Source of the DNA: Spizellomyces punctatus DAOM BR117
Taxonomy: Eukaryota
Strand: one strand, 5' to 3'
Length of the DNA stretch: 64,000 nt
Assembly (NCBI GenBank): GCA_000182565.2
Contig: KQ257450.1
Below, in pieces: positions 31,120 to 44,987 of the stretch (position 1 is the stretch's first letter; every line of letters begins with the position of its first letter). The notes under the pieces were generated by a model that was given only the letters and a program-made list of their open reading frames with translations, was not told the origin of the DNA and searched no databases. The position numbers and the translations under genes were made by a program.

Positions 31120-33968
31120 CTCATTCCGTATTATATAGTATTATTCTAGACGAATGAGAACCTTTTTTGAGATTTGAAGATGAGTCAAGTATGCCCAGAT
31201 GATACTCCACTAAGATGTGGTCCATGACGCTTGGCGAACAATTGACGAAGCCATTCCATCGCTGAGCATGTATTTCTCAATCGAGGAATGATGGAGAACC
31301 TTGAACGGCTTATAGCTCATCGACCGATAAAATCAATACTGTAAAAGCTTTACATTGCATTCGCGCAACTGGTATTCTGTCTCTCCTGAACGTCTCATAT
31401 TGTAAAAATGATCTAGGTTTGCCATGTTGTACTTCTGTAGAAATCCGGCAGCGATTCAGTTGCTGAAATGTTGTATAACTGCATGTAGGCTGATGGTGAC
31501 TATTAAAATGTCTGATGTTGCTATGTACAGAGGGAAGAATCCCGAGCTGTCTGATTACATCTACCGTGCAGAACCAGTTGCATGAGCGCGTAGCTAAGCC
31601 ATCCAACCTACTTTCCCGAAAAGGAAAGTCGTAGCTGGGTGGGGAGGGCAGATCTACAGACTGCAACAGAAGGTAGCAAGGATCATCATGGGTTGCCGGA
31701 TTTTACATGAAGGGTGGTCACACTGGTGATGGTATAGAGCAATGATTCTGTAATTACTGAACAGGAAAGCCATCCAGTAGTAGAACAGATATTGAATCAA
31801 TCTCTGATACTCAGTGGTTAAGGTAGCACATGGTGAACACACGTTTTTGACTTTTGCATCCTCGAATCTCGTACAAGCTGTGCTTACACCATTAGATGGG
31901 GTCATCATTGGTTCTTTATTTCAAAAGTGGATATCAGCAGCCCTTCCCTCCACCTGGCTTGGCTTCTCAATATTCTATCACCGTCATCGTAGTTTTCTTC
32001 CATCGGACGAAAATTTTCATAATCCAAGTCAAATGCTGTTTGCCGTGGGTACGCACAGCCCGACGACAAGTATGGCAGAGACTTCCGTGGTTGACGCTAA
32101 TTCCACCGCAGTATGTCTGCTGGATAGTTCTGGGACTTGGCGTGTTATGGAAGCACATTACACCCACCATTTTGGAATTCAGTCGTCCCTGATAGTGATT
32201 CGACGGACATGGGAAGGACAACCCTCCATTGTGACTGTTCGATCATTACTGGGCGCCACAAAACGGTGCTCTAATATGTCATTGAAGCTGACGCTCGTTC
32301 CAAATAGAATATTCCTTGACGATGTCGAAAGAGCAGTGGGAGCCGTTGCGAAATGGGTCGTTTTAGTAATCCTTGATGGTACACCTCTGTAGAAAGGCTC
32401 ATATTCTTCTACCTTGTCTGCTAGATCAATTCCATTATTGTAAAGCCCAGGTATTATCCACCCCAGGATGTTAGATATGGTTACACTGCCAAGATCTGGA
32501 GCTGGCAGGGTGTCCACCTTATAGTTTGGGATTAGATCAAGGATCAATAGTACTCCTTCCGAGTATTTCGAACAAATGACTCCTTTCTAGATGCAGATCC
32601 TCAAAGTGTCTGCCACTGCTATTCAAAACCTCGAGAGAGAAGAGGATTCATATCCGCCGGTTGCTTTCCTGCATCCCGGCAGAGGAAAGGATTCGAATGA
32701 AGGGACGTCAAAACACTCCTCAAACGGCATCAACTACCCATTAGAACCTCAACTTTATACCCTTTTGGCAAATGGTTACGAGAAATTTCATGTCCCATGT
32801 ATCCAAATGCTCAAAATCTTTGCCGAATTGACTGCCTTCTCCGGTGGGACTGTTGGCCAAGTTTCAATGTACATCATGCGAGGTAAGCCATCCCTCCTTT
32901 TCACGGTCTAGGAAATGAGGGTATGAAGCTTGCTAGTCGGAAAAAAATAAAACGTTTTAGTTCTTCTCTTTTATCTGGCTCGCAGGACATGAACATATAG
33001 CAGGCTATGTAGAGATTTGTGTAATACTTTTGTCTTTATCCTAATATTAACCGGATAGTATAGATCTGATATCCACCATGTAGACAAAAAGTAAAGTTGT
33101 AAGCTGGCCAATGTGAATAACAAAGCGTCTTCAACATTTGATGCCGGTTCTTCTTTTGGCATCAAGATTCTTGATTGACGAGATTAGGAGATCAGTTAAA
33201 GGCAGTGTCTATTAAATCAGAGGTTGAACCATTCCATCTTTATTTTTGTGCACATGACAGCAACAAACCATTAATATTCTTTTGAATGCTAGTTTCCTTC
33301 TAACATATTCCTATACGGATGAGCCGTAAACCGTCATTCTGTGACCATAAACAGGTACGCGAATTGGCAGGACAATCTGGTCAGATACGCTATGGCAATG
33401 AATGTAACATCTTTCGGCTTTTGGCATGCTCAAACAAGTTGTTTTGGAAAACCCAGAAAAGAAGTGCGCTTGCTGGTTTGATTCCTTATTGCGGCGATAA
33501 TGCTATATTCTGCCTTGTTTTGACCAAACAAGAACAGCTCATGCTGCCTTCAATTATTCCGTTGTAACACTTAATTACGAACAGGAGGTTGCTGAGGATA
33601 TATTTGGAGAACACGCCTTTGTGCTGGCATGAACAGATGGAGTGGTACTTGTGGTGTCCGTCCAGTCGTTTAAACATTGAGTAAAGGATTTCGCCTCCCA
33701 ATTGAAGCCGTAAGAAATGGGGGGCGTGGCCCGGCCAGTAAACAAAGTTTGCAAAAACAGAATGTTCTATTGCAGGAATATACTCATATAACCCAAACCA
33801 GCAATAACCACACAAAAAAGAAAAACTATGGACATCAGATGCTAGGCTTTGCTCACACTATACAAAGAAATAATTCCCATAATCGCACTGATGCTCAAAA
33901 TACGCCGAATAAAACGAATAGGAGCCACATTGCAAAAAAAGGACACACAATAGCTGTTCAAGGCTGGC

Positions 33969-36860
33969 TTATGACGACAACGCACTCATCATTCTGGTAT
34001 ACATTTCTTTTTCTTGTTTGGCGAGTCGACGCTGGATGACTTGAATCTGGATTCGTTCACTTGCGATGTACGGGTTGTTGGGATCAAACTACAAGGAAAT
34101 TACAAAAATTGCATTGAATGGTCATGTTGATGGTCTCCAGCCTGACCAAGATAAAAAAAAAAAGAAAGAGAATAAACATACCAGTTCAGCCTTTTCCAAA
34201 ATCTGCAAAGCTTCGGCAAACTCTCCCGAGCTCTTTAACCCTCTCGCCAAGCTTATCAACAACTTTACACTCTCTGGCTCACTCCACAACCCCTCACGGC
34301 ACACACGGATCGCATCGGTGTGCTGTCCCATGTGGAGTAATCCAGCAGCCAAGTTAGAAAACAGGGCTGTACGAATGAACTGTAGTTCGAGTTCTTGCGC
34401 AGGAGGGGCATTCCAAGTGTGTTTGAGAAGCTGAAGCGCGCTGCGATAGGACTTGACGGCAGTTGGGTAATCTTGGGACTGGAAGGATACGTTGCCAGCG
34501 TTTTTTAGGGCAATGGCTTCGGAGATTCTAGCTGGTAAGGTGGATTGAGGCTGTTTTCGATGTTTTTATTAGCAAAGACTGGGACGTACAATATCAAGTG
34601 GGGAAAACTTACCGGGTCTACATGCATTACCCGGATAGTAAACCTCAGGGCAGCATGTGGCGGAATCACCGAGTCATACCCTTTCTCTCCATACGCTATA
34701 AAAACACCCGCACATGAGCATTCGCAAAGATATCGAAACAAAACAGTCCAAGACAGACTATTTACCAAGTTCAGAATCAACAATGAACTCTGCTTCTTCC
34801 CCCATTTTCATTGTCTGCACTGCCATATCCCAGCCAGGAATCACATCTCCTGGATGGTATAGTGATTAAGATGCCATCACGGCTTACTAAGGAAATCAAA
34901 AAGACAAACCTTCTCCAACCGTAAAATCAAACGTGGAGCCCCGATCCCAACTCGAATCAAACATCATACCTCCGGGTCCGTCTACCCATCCCTCGTAATG
35001 GACTAGAATCAAAACAGGATGGGTACCGGGCGTTTAGAGTATCATACGGAGGAACCCACCTTTAACAAAAGACTGCGGTTCAACGGCGGGCCCAGAACCG
35101 GGTTTGAGAATTTTTTTCTTGAGTTTGCCTGTTGGGAGGATGTTAGTGTAGCCCTCTACGTCGACTTGGCATGTGAGGTTGGGGGGTTGATCTGTGTTGG
35201 CGAGTGTAGATGGCATTTCTGTCGGAAGAGTATTTTCCAGAGACGTATCAAGGGATTGATCTGGTACATCAGTTGCTGCGTGGTCCTCTGTCTCCCTGTT
35301 TTTTGTTGACTCCACGGGAATTTTGGTGGGTTCTGTCCTTTCATCAAGGAGAGTCTGAACGCTCTGCTCACTGTCAGCTGTCTCTTTGCTGTTTGGTGAC
35401 TCGACAGAGGTATTGCCGGATTCCGTGGCTTTACTCTCATCAAGGTGAGTCTGAACACTCTGCTCACTCTCCTCTGCAGCACCCTGGTTCTTCTTCGTAG
35501 TGTCCTCCATGATTTCCGCATTGTCTTCGCTTGTACTCGCAGGAACCTTCCCATCCACATTTCGAAGCACCTCACAATCTCGCACGCGATGCTTGCCTTC
35601 ACATATCGCACAAGCACCATGTTCCAGCCTTTTAAACCACTCACTTTCCTCAATTCCCCATTTCTCTTTTACAGTCGGGATAGAAACGCCCATCTCGACA
35701 TAGTCTGGTACATCCTTCCAAGACAATTCTTCACCAATGATCGGATACAGAGCGCATTGTCTGAGTTTGTGGGAAGGATGTCCGCAGCGCAGACAGAGGG
35801 ATAGAGCCATACGTGTTACCCATGTTGAAGGGGCGACACCAAAGGTGGAGGTGCGACGGTATAAGCTGTGTTCGCGAGGATGGGAGGGAAAGAGTGTGGA
35901 CTTGCGTTGAGGTTGGACATTGTTTTCTTGTTTTTTGCGTTTGGTATTTTCTTGTGTTTCGGACGATGCTGGAGTCAAGGTCGGTTCCTTTTGCATACAC
36001 GGCTCAGTAAAAATAACAAGAAGGAAGCCATTCCAAAGAAAAACACGCGTCACCTTTATCTCCCAAAATTTTGTAGAAATCCTCTGCCCTTCAACAATCT
36101 CACAGAGCTCACAGGGCAAGTAACTCCATCCATTGGGTTTCTTTATCGCAACACATGGAAAATCCGGGTACTCCAATGTCACTCCATACCTCTCCAAAAA
36201 ATATTCGCGAACCGTCATGGCTTTACCGTCCACATCGAGCACAATTGAGTTTGAGGTTTGGGAGGTGAGTTCGGTAATGCGATATCGCCGGCGATAGGAA
36301 TGCGACGCTTGTACTTGAAAATTGCGTAGCTCCTGTGTGAGGAATTTGCAGTCCTCTGATGTAATACGCTGAGAAAGAGGCTCGGCCCGGGCAGGATACA
36401 GCTTTCTTAACAGGTTGCATATGATGGGGATGAGTGGACCTGGTTTTTGCGTGAGCGGATATGAGTGGCAAGGAAAGAGTATGATCAGGCAGGTTCATGA
36501 TGCATTACCAGACTGCATAAACTCGTTCGGATCCAACGCGGTTTCTTCGATCCTGGATCCTTCATCTTTTGAATTTCCATTCTCTTGCTTTTCGGAATGT
36601 TCCTCATGACTTGCATGCCTACTCAAACCAGAAAAATGCAAAACACATGAACCACATGTATAAAATCCTGAAAATCAAGAGAGAGTACAGTCCTACCCAT
36701 TAATACGAGCCCATTGATCAAATTTCTCCACCATCTCAAGCAAGTCTGCTTGATCTGCTTGATCGACTAGCTCGTTCTCACTTGACAGTTGATTCATAAA
36801 AGTGCTCGTCGGTAGAATTGACAGGTTGTCGTCTTCTTGGCCTTGCTGGTGAAGCATCAT
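33969..36860 (-). CDS. PAZ + zinc-knuckle + FKBP-type PPIase + TPR fusion protein (multi-exon; start uncertain)
   Basis: PAZ: LRNFQVQASHSYRRRYRITELT...TVREYFLERYGVTLEYPDFPCV...YLPCELCEIVEGQR. CCHC: CLRCGHPSHKLRQC and CAICEGKHRVRDC. FKBP: KKILKPGSG, HYEG, FDSSWDRG, VIPGWDMAVQTMKMGE, AYGEKG..VIPPHAALRF. TPR: LKNAGNVSFQSQDY, FSNLAAGLL, QEKEMYTRM. Confidence 0.82.
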
Positions 36861-38141
36861 CACTATACAGAACAAGAGAAATGGTGCTGATATTCGATAT
36901 TAGCGCAGAGTATTTAATTGTAACTCTCTGTAAACGGGCACAGACCTCTGTGCTTCGACTCGCAAAGAGCTAGTCTAAAAGCTGTCAAAACAGGCTTTGG
37001 CAGCGATCGGACCACGCGGCCTGGTAGCTTACGCAAGCCTCTAGTTGCCATGGGTGCGATTCGCGCGTGCCATCTGCCGGGACCATGGATGTGCAATTTG
37101 TTGGTGGAATTGGTAGATGGTAGGTTTTTATGTGCAAACCCATAAAACCCGTATTCAGGGGATAAAAGGCAGTGCCTCGGTTCGGACCTTGCGGACAATG
37201 TTGGAATCCTCGGGAACAATGGACAATGGGAGCATTGTTGGATGAGATGGGCACAAGTGCATCGGGTAAAGTGTTTTCTGAATATAGCCTGGATGGTTTT
37301 TTTTGCAGGTGAATATATGTACGCGATAAGAGTTTGGAGTATTTGTCACTAGTGTGCAAGCCTACAGTCTTGCGAAATGACACTGCCGGATCTGGCAAGG
37401 GCATCGTGATTTGAGACGGTTATCAGAGCTCTGACAAGTCACAGTAGCGTGTCTTGCATTTGTAACAAAGGGAGATTGTCGACCAAGCACAGCAAAGAGT
37501 TTCAAAGACATGCGCATTAAAGCGATTGTCGATACTTTTTGGTTTCATCCACGCATGTGAAAATGCCTCATGCCTGCGCTTGCGCTCTGCAAAATCAACG
37601 TAAGACCGTATCGGATAGCAAAGATCCATTCATGGCAATCATTACAGCAAGAAAGAAAATCAAAAAGGGAAAACAAGAACTAGGCGAATAGCTCATTCTA
37701 ATGGTCCCGCAAAAGAAAAAGGTGTTTTAAATCTCACATGTTTTGGCATCAGGCACAAGGCAGAACCCTCCATCCCATCCTGCTGGAATCTATCCAGGTC
37801 GTCCATCCCATTATTCTCACGCAGTATTAAAAAAAAAAAATGTGCGAGCGTGTACACACACCATGCCCCTCCCCCCCTTTTCTTTTACAAATGTCCACCG
37901 TCGATTGGAAATCCATAAGGAAAAAAAAAACAACAGTCCAAAACGTCTCCCTCTCTACCCAGCCCATCTTATTGTCCTTCAACTCACGTTACCCGTTCAA
38001 AAAGGAGGTACTCTCGTACGTCCTCCAATAGAGTAAAAAAATGTAAAATATCTCGGTTTGTGCATTCATTGGGAGAATAGTGTCCGTTTATGGGGGCCAG
38101 CCACAATAGTCGTATGAGGAATGCGTCTTTCCTCAGATGGA

Positions 38142-39860
38142 TCATTCGTACTCAAAATTACCGTACCGTCGTCGGGTTTTCCGTCGGATAGGTATTTTGA
38201 TACCTTGATCGGCAAAATGCTTTGACAGTTCCGTTGATTCTGGTTTCGTAAATGTAAATCTGAATGAATACATAGTACCGGAGACAATCAAAATTTGCTG
38301 TTCATCCCACCTTTCAGTCCGGGATAATCGCGAGCATTAAAGGATGAAAATGGTTGTGACACTGCTGAACACACCGTCACAGCCGGCTTATCCACATTCC
38401 CGCTGTATATACTGCTCAATTCCAATATATATAAGAAAAGATCCAAGGAAATCAAAACGCCACTTGTCGTCGTCCTCTTACCTGGCAAGATTTGTCAGTA
38501 TCACCTTTAGTCGAAATGATCCCTCGACCCGAATAGAAAGATCCGGAAACACAAAGTACGCTCCCTTGGACCCGCTCAAATCCGTAAGATAATGACAAGA
38601 CGATACTAGTGATCCAGACAATGTTCGCTCCCACTTGTGGCATTCATCGGGTGGACCAAACTCTGATTCCTCAGTGGTTTCTTCCTCCGTCGATGCCTCA
38701 GCTGGGGCAACGCTTGCTGACGCCGTCGGTGTCATTGATGTTGATGCAGATCCTTCTCCGCTGAGATCCATAGATGTGGGTTCGGTTGATGATGAGGGTT
38801 CAGGGATTGTGGATACGGTAAGATCCTCTCGTGACAGGGATGCAGATAGTGGCTGTCCTTCTGCAGGTGCAACCGAGTTCCATTCTTGTTCCTCCATGGG
38901 TGGGGTGACGGGAGCGCCCATGTAGTTTCCATTTCCGCTGCCAGAGCTCCCTTCCAGGGCAGGAGCCGCGCCGGGCGTTACCTCTGGTGCCGGGTTACCC
39001 ATCGACGCAAGAATTTCTGCCCCTGTTATTGGCGCGTCAGACGCTGGCCCAACAGTAGAGAGCTCTTGAGCTAAAGGGTCGTTCCACTGATTTGGAGCAA
39101 GGAGGACAGGTGGCATCGTTGGTGGAACGAGGACAACGCTCCGATCTTCCTTGCCGTTTTCCGAAAGCAATGAGGCGTGGGCAACCATAGCTGATACATC
39201 GCCCAGAGCCTGCAAGCTAAGGCAGGCAAAGAGCAAAGAGAGAAGAAAATGCGAAACCAAGCATTAGGTGACCTGTCGACAGGAGTACAGATTTGAGGCA
39301 GAGGCATACCTTGTATCAATCTCCCCCGATTCCTTGACAGCGGCAAGCTGGACAATGACGCATGGATCTACCGGTCGGTTATTTAGCTTCTCACCGCCGA
39401 ATCCACAGCATCGTGCCGTTTCCGGTTGCTGCCGGATCAAGAGACAGTATCTAGTCACAGAAAGCATTGGTAGTGAGCGGTATGAGTATTGACAAATGTT
39501 GAATGTGACAAGGACAATTACCTCGTCTGCCGAAGGGCGTGTGGAGGGCGAGCATTTGCGCGGATGTTTGATAACGGTCGCTGCTGCTGTTGTGGTTGTG
39601 TCGTCGGTGGCTGCTGCTGTGGTTGCCGTGTCTGTGGCTGCTGTGGTGGATTTGTTGGGAGAAGATTGGGTTGAGCGACCGGTCTGGGAACGGGTACTGC
39701 TAATGATTGCAACTGTTGTTTTGTTGATTGGAACTGGTGTGTCTGGACGGCCTGGAATTCCTGCTGCACTGGCACTACCTCTGGAGTGTCAACTTGTTGT
39801 ATAATCGGCGATGGTTCCTGTGGTGGTGGCTGTTGCTGCGACTCTGGGTCCGACGTCAAC
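38142..39860 (-). CDS. Velvet-domain transcription factor (split velvet domain, VelB-like), multi-exon
   Basis: LLIRQQPETARCCGFG..RPVDP, RTLSGSLVSS, FVFPDLSIRVEGSFRLK, SQPF...YPG, STELSKHFADQGIKIPIR; start approximate. Confidence 0.88.
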
Positions 39861-42144
39861 GTCCCGTTTTCAACTTTCGCGTCCTAGACAAGAACTAAGT
39901 ACAAGAGTCTTGTGCGTGGGTCAGAGGTCATGGCGTGAAATGACCTACCTGCATTCTCCCGTGTCAAAACAAAAAAAAAAGTAAAAGTTACAGGCGGAAC
40001 GGGGAAGGCGACCAAGCGCGTTACAGACAACAGAAACCCGAGTACGAATGCCGAAAGATGGTGGGTAGTGGCGTGTATGTGTGTGTTGACTTTTGCAATG
40101 GCGATGTTCAGAGCGGCCTCATTTCGTACCAAGTGTGTCCCCGTTTTTTCTTCCTTTCGGGTCTATTGCCCGCTACCCGGGGCCGGCGCGTCAATCAAAA
40201 GGACGACAAACACCGAGATGGTTACCAAATAACAAAATAGGACGCTTGTTCCTCAATGGCGACGATATCGGCCGGAAAGATATCAAATAAGAATAATAAA
40301 GACAGAGTCTCGCAGTAGCGACGGCCACGACGACGACAAAGTGAGAAAAATCTTATCTCTCTCACGGCCCAACACCTTTGTCGTTCCCCAACAACGGGTG
40401 CCAACAAACGACCGGAACGACGAGGGGGAAATGGACGAGGAGGGGGTTTACGGGGGGGCGAAGGGAAACGAAGGGGGCGACACTACGAACGTTCCCGGGG
40501 CGACGGGACCGAAACTTTTTTTTTTTGTTGCCCAAAGACGCGCACGATCAAAAAACGACAAACTGGGAGGGCCGACCGTAGCGATGGAATTTCTTTCTTT
40601 TGTTCAGTTGCCAAGCGGATGGTCGGCGGGAACGTTGCCGACTTCCAACACCCGTTTGTAATGTCGTCCGCGTTCGCCGTGTGTGTGTTCCGACCGTGCG
40701 GAGGGCCGCTAAAAAAACGTGTGTGGGGACTGCAAGTGAGAGCAGAGAGAGTCCTAATAAAAAAGCGCGTTACTTTTATTGTTTCAGCTTAAAAGGTTTT
40801 AGACGTCTTTATTTCGACTTTCTTAAGGACCTTTTTGGTTGCCGAGATGAAAGAATAAAAAAAATAAAAGAAATGGGTTGGGTGTTGCGTTTTTAATGTT
40901 GGAGAGATGGTGTGAAAGAGTGGAAGATCGTGGCCGTTTACCGAGGTAAACAATGAACACTTTTATTGAACACCCTGGAGTGTGCTATTCTCTGCAAAGC
41001 TATTCTGGAAAAACTGCTTAATAGTTATGGCACACCGCATCACATTCCTATTGTTTTATTTTGGGTTTTTTCAACAAAAGTTAGCCTCATCCATACTAAA
41101 TATCCTTGTCATGAGCATGCCCGCCGGCCCGTATCCATGTATCTTGTAAACATGGCCATCCCGCGTCAAAAAGAGTTCCCGTCAAAAAAAAAACAAACAA
41201 ACACATAGTGGGCTATGCTGTATTGTGGATCCAATGCATTCCATTTGCCATTGCGTCGGATTACGGATATGATGACGCAATCCGTCGTACATTTCCACCC
41301 GTCCACCCGGAAACCCCAACCCTTCCAGGAGGAGGGAGCGAAGGATTGGTGTCAATCCATGTGTGCTACCGCTGCACACTTTTAAGCAGATTGTCAGGCG
41401 GGCATGACAAGAGGTCAATGTACAGGTTGCTCATTGCATAAACAATAATAAGCAAAGAATGAATGCCAACAGCAGAGAGAGATAAGCAGAACTATAAAAA
41501 AACAGGCGACTGACCACTTGATATTCCATGTTGCCAAGGAGGGGGGGAATTGCACATCGGCTGAGATCCGGAGCTTTTGCGTCCCTTGAGTCATTTTCGT
41601 TGGGTGTGCTAATGTCACCCTCAATCCCTGAAGACTAAACGCGTAAAAAAGGGGCCCCACCATCGGAGGCTACACAGTCAGAGCTCCATGGCGCTTCCCC
41701 AGCCCTGTGCTATCTTCCTTCCCAGTCATGGGTCACCCCCCCCAAAAAAACGCTCGGCCTCGTAGTGGCCTTTCATTTGTTCTTGCGTCGTGCGCTGTTA
41801 TGACCCCTTCCAGCGACCAAACAATTTGGGTTAATTCTGGCACGTGTCAAAAAGTATATCACGTGGTATACCCATGGTGGCTTAGTCCAGATGCCAAATG
41901 ACGGTGGGAATTGCGTCTTTTGACAAACTGGTTAGCTTGACGACTGCGTCATCAACGACGAGGGAATTTGACATTTGGCTCATCCACGCGCTGATAGAGT
42001 GGCGACTGTGTGCATAGAGAGATCCAGAGACCAGTAGGATTGCTCGTAGGGATCGATATATATTCGTTTGGTGATTGGTAAGCAATATTTTCTGGGATTC
42101 CCCATAATCAATGCTCTGACACAGATCCAAACAGATCCATACCA

Positions 42145-44987
42145 ATGTCCACCACCAACGACAACCCAACCTTTCCCGTCCTCGTCATTGGGACTCTCGC
42201 GATTGGAGGCGCGGCTCTGGCGTTATATTTCTGGCTCATCAAGAAAGCTGCATCGGAGCAAGATCTTGATCGCGTTGAAACGATGGAGGAGCTGATCAAG
42301 GCGGAATCAAGAACAGAGAGGAAATCTGAGGGGAAAAAGGGGAAAAAGGTCTGTGGTTGCTTGTGCGTGTGAACCTTTGGAATCATATTTGACATTGGTT
42401 TGACGTTTATTCGTTGGACGGTTAGGGAAAGAAGAAGCACAAGCACGTAACGAAACCCGTGGCTGTTCCCACCCATGCTGTCCCAGTACCCACCGTCTCT
42501 GACAAAACAGAGGAACAAGAGCAAGAAGAGGAAGAAATATTGGCCCCCGAGGAGGATAATATTGAAGATCTGTTGCATCTAAGTCGACTGGCCAAGCCCA
42601 AGCAAGGACATAAAAAACCCACCGAGCCTCCTGTTCTGCCCCGCAAGGCGAAACGCAAGCCCGTCAAAGTGATGAGGGAAGAACTGGCGGAAAATCATCG
42701 GGATACGAACGTGAACGAACAGAGTGTTGATAGCGTGACGGATGAACACATCGCTTCCGTCGTGCATTTTGCTGATGCAACCGTTGAGATTGGCATTCCG
42801 TCTCAAGAGGCTCTGTTGGAGGGTGACCTGGAACCAATAGCGTTAGTCATTGACGAAACCGCAGACTTGGCCGCGATTCCTGTCTCAGTTCTCAAAAAAG
42901 AAGGTGAACAGGATCATCCCAGAGTGACAGAGTTTCAGAAAGAACTAGCGTCGGTTCGGAACCAAGTAGCAGAATCCGCGTCGATAATACAAAATCTCGA
43001 ATCTCTGCTTTCCCAGAAATCGCACTTATTCCAAGAGATGCAGTCAGAGAGCCAACGACTTGCAGCAGAGAATGAACGTCTCATCTCGGAAATCAGCGAC
43101 GTCCGTGCTGTGCAGCAAACCGTTGAGGATCTTCAAACCCAAATGGTGATTTTGCGCGACACCAACCGCGTCCTTACACAATCATTAGTCGCAAATCAGC
43201 TGAATGCAAAGGAATCACAAGATCGTGCCACAAAACTCAAAGAAGAAGCCGTGCACAATGAGTATCGCCAAACGATTCACGAGCTTGAGACTAGAAACCA
43301 ACAACTCCTAACTCAATTGACGGAGAAGGATCAATTAAACGAGGCCACTCGTCGAGAGGCCGCTGAAGCAAGGCACCGACTCGCTCAACTTGACGACAAA
43401 TTCCACCGCGTCCAAAAAGATCTGGCGGCAGAGCGCGAACGCTTTGCTGATCAGCTGGCAGAGTCACATACACTTCGACAAGCCGCACAAGAAGCAAAAG
43501 TTAACGGCAGCCAATTGGAAGCAAAACTGCAAGAGAGTGAACTTGTGTTCAAAAACACCCGCCATGAACTGGAAAGTGTACTACGTAAAGTTGAGGGAGA
43601 GCTCGAAGTGGCGCGGGACGAAATTGATGATTTGAGGAAAGAGTTGGACGGCACCCGATCTACAATGGGCCGATTGAGGAAAGAGATGGTCGACATTCAG
43701 ACACTCCAAGAGGAACTGGAAAGCTTGAAAATGGAAAAGCGAAGAGTTGAAGAGGAGCTTGAGTCGCAGCGAACACTGACACATCGGAGCAACCAGGAAT
43801 TGGCCAACCTCAAGAGTTCGTTGACTGGAGAGGAATTGCTTCATGAAGAGATTGAGCGCCTGCGAACGCAGGTAGAGGAAGGAGCCAAGATGAGAGCGGC
43901 TATTGAGGTTGAAGTTAAAGAGCATCAGAATGAAGTGGTTCGATTAACCAAAAGCCGGGCTGACGTTCAGAGTGAGCTTGAAGCAGCCCGATCTGAGTCT
44001 GGTAAATTAAAACAAGAGCTTGATGCGCTTATTGGCGAGAAAGCGAGCCTATTGACAGAGTCAAGTGCGATCCGAGAAACGGAAGTTGCTGCACGGACTG
44101 AGGCTGAGACAATGAGGAAGCAGATCGAGGATCTTGAGAGATTGGAATCGTCTTTGCGAACAGCGCGGGATGAAGCTCTTTCTCGCGTGGATACCCTGGA
44201 AAAGGAGATGGAGCAAGTACGGACGTTGTCAAGCGACAAGAAGGAGATAACTATCCTAAAGGCCGCTAAAGTTGACGCTGAAGCGCAAATTGCTGCACTT
44301 GCAAAGCAGCTGCAAGAGTCAACGGAAGCACAGCATGCTGTTGAACAACAACTGGAGGAAACGCAGACCCGCTTATGGGGCCTGGACGAACTTTGCAAAT
44401 CCACGATGGGACGACTTAAAGACTCCCTACAAACCACACATGCCACAAGAGATGAGAATGACCGGATGAAATCCGAACTGGATGTTACCAGAAAAGAATT
44501 GGAACGGCTACACTCCTTGGTACAGGAACGCGATGAGGTGATCCAAACGCTTCGTCCTCATTCGGAAAAGAAGGAGATGCTCCGGACCGTCGCGTCAGAC
44601 GATACATTGGTAGAAACAAGTACCAGCGAAGCAGAATCTGCGCACTCTGACAAGCCAAACACCACACCCTATGAATTCACATGGGGACACGGCGGCAAAG
44701 ATGTGATTGTCACCGGCACATTTGACAACTGGTCCCAAAGTGTCCATCTCACCCCAAGTCCAACGCATCCTTCCCTCTTTTCAGCGACCGTACCACTCGT
44801 CACTGGTGAACGGGTTCTCTACAAGTTTGTTGTCGATGGGGAGTGGAAGACTGATCCAGATCGGGTATGTGAAGTCCACGAGGGCATTGTGAACAATGTG
44901 GCGGTTGCCGGACCAACGATCAAGAAGAAGAAAAAGAAGGGCAAAAAGAAGGGGAGACAAGGGGCGGTGGCTGTTGCTGTATGCTGA
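42145..44987 (+). CDS. N-terminal TM, long coiled coil, C-terminal AMPK-beta-type glycogen-binding (CBM48) domain protein
   Basis: Exon 1 TM segment VLVIGTLAIGGAALALYFWLI; ~550-aa heptad-rich region; FTWGHGGKDVIVTGTFDNW...YKFVVDGEW; polybasic tail. Confidence 0.8.

Noticed and set aside
31300-33900. Short ORFs such as 32179..32547 and 31814..32392
   Set aside because: No recognisable domain or consistent exon chain. This may be a degraded gene or repeat, but I cannot support a call.
36000-36445. Full Argonaute or Dicer gene
   Set aside because: No MID/PIWI or RNase III motifs nearby; the PAZ frame runs into FKBP instead.
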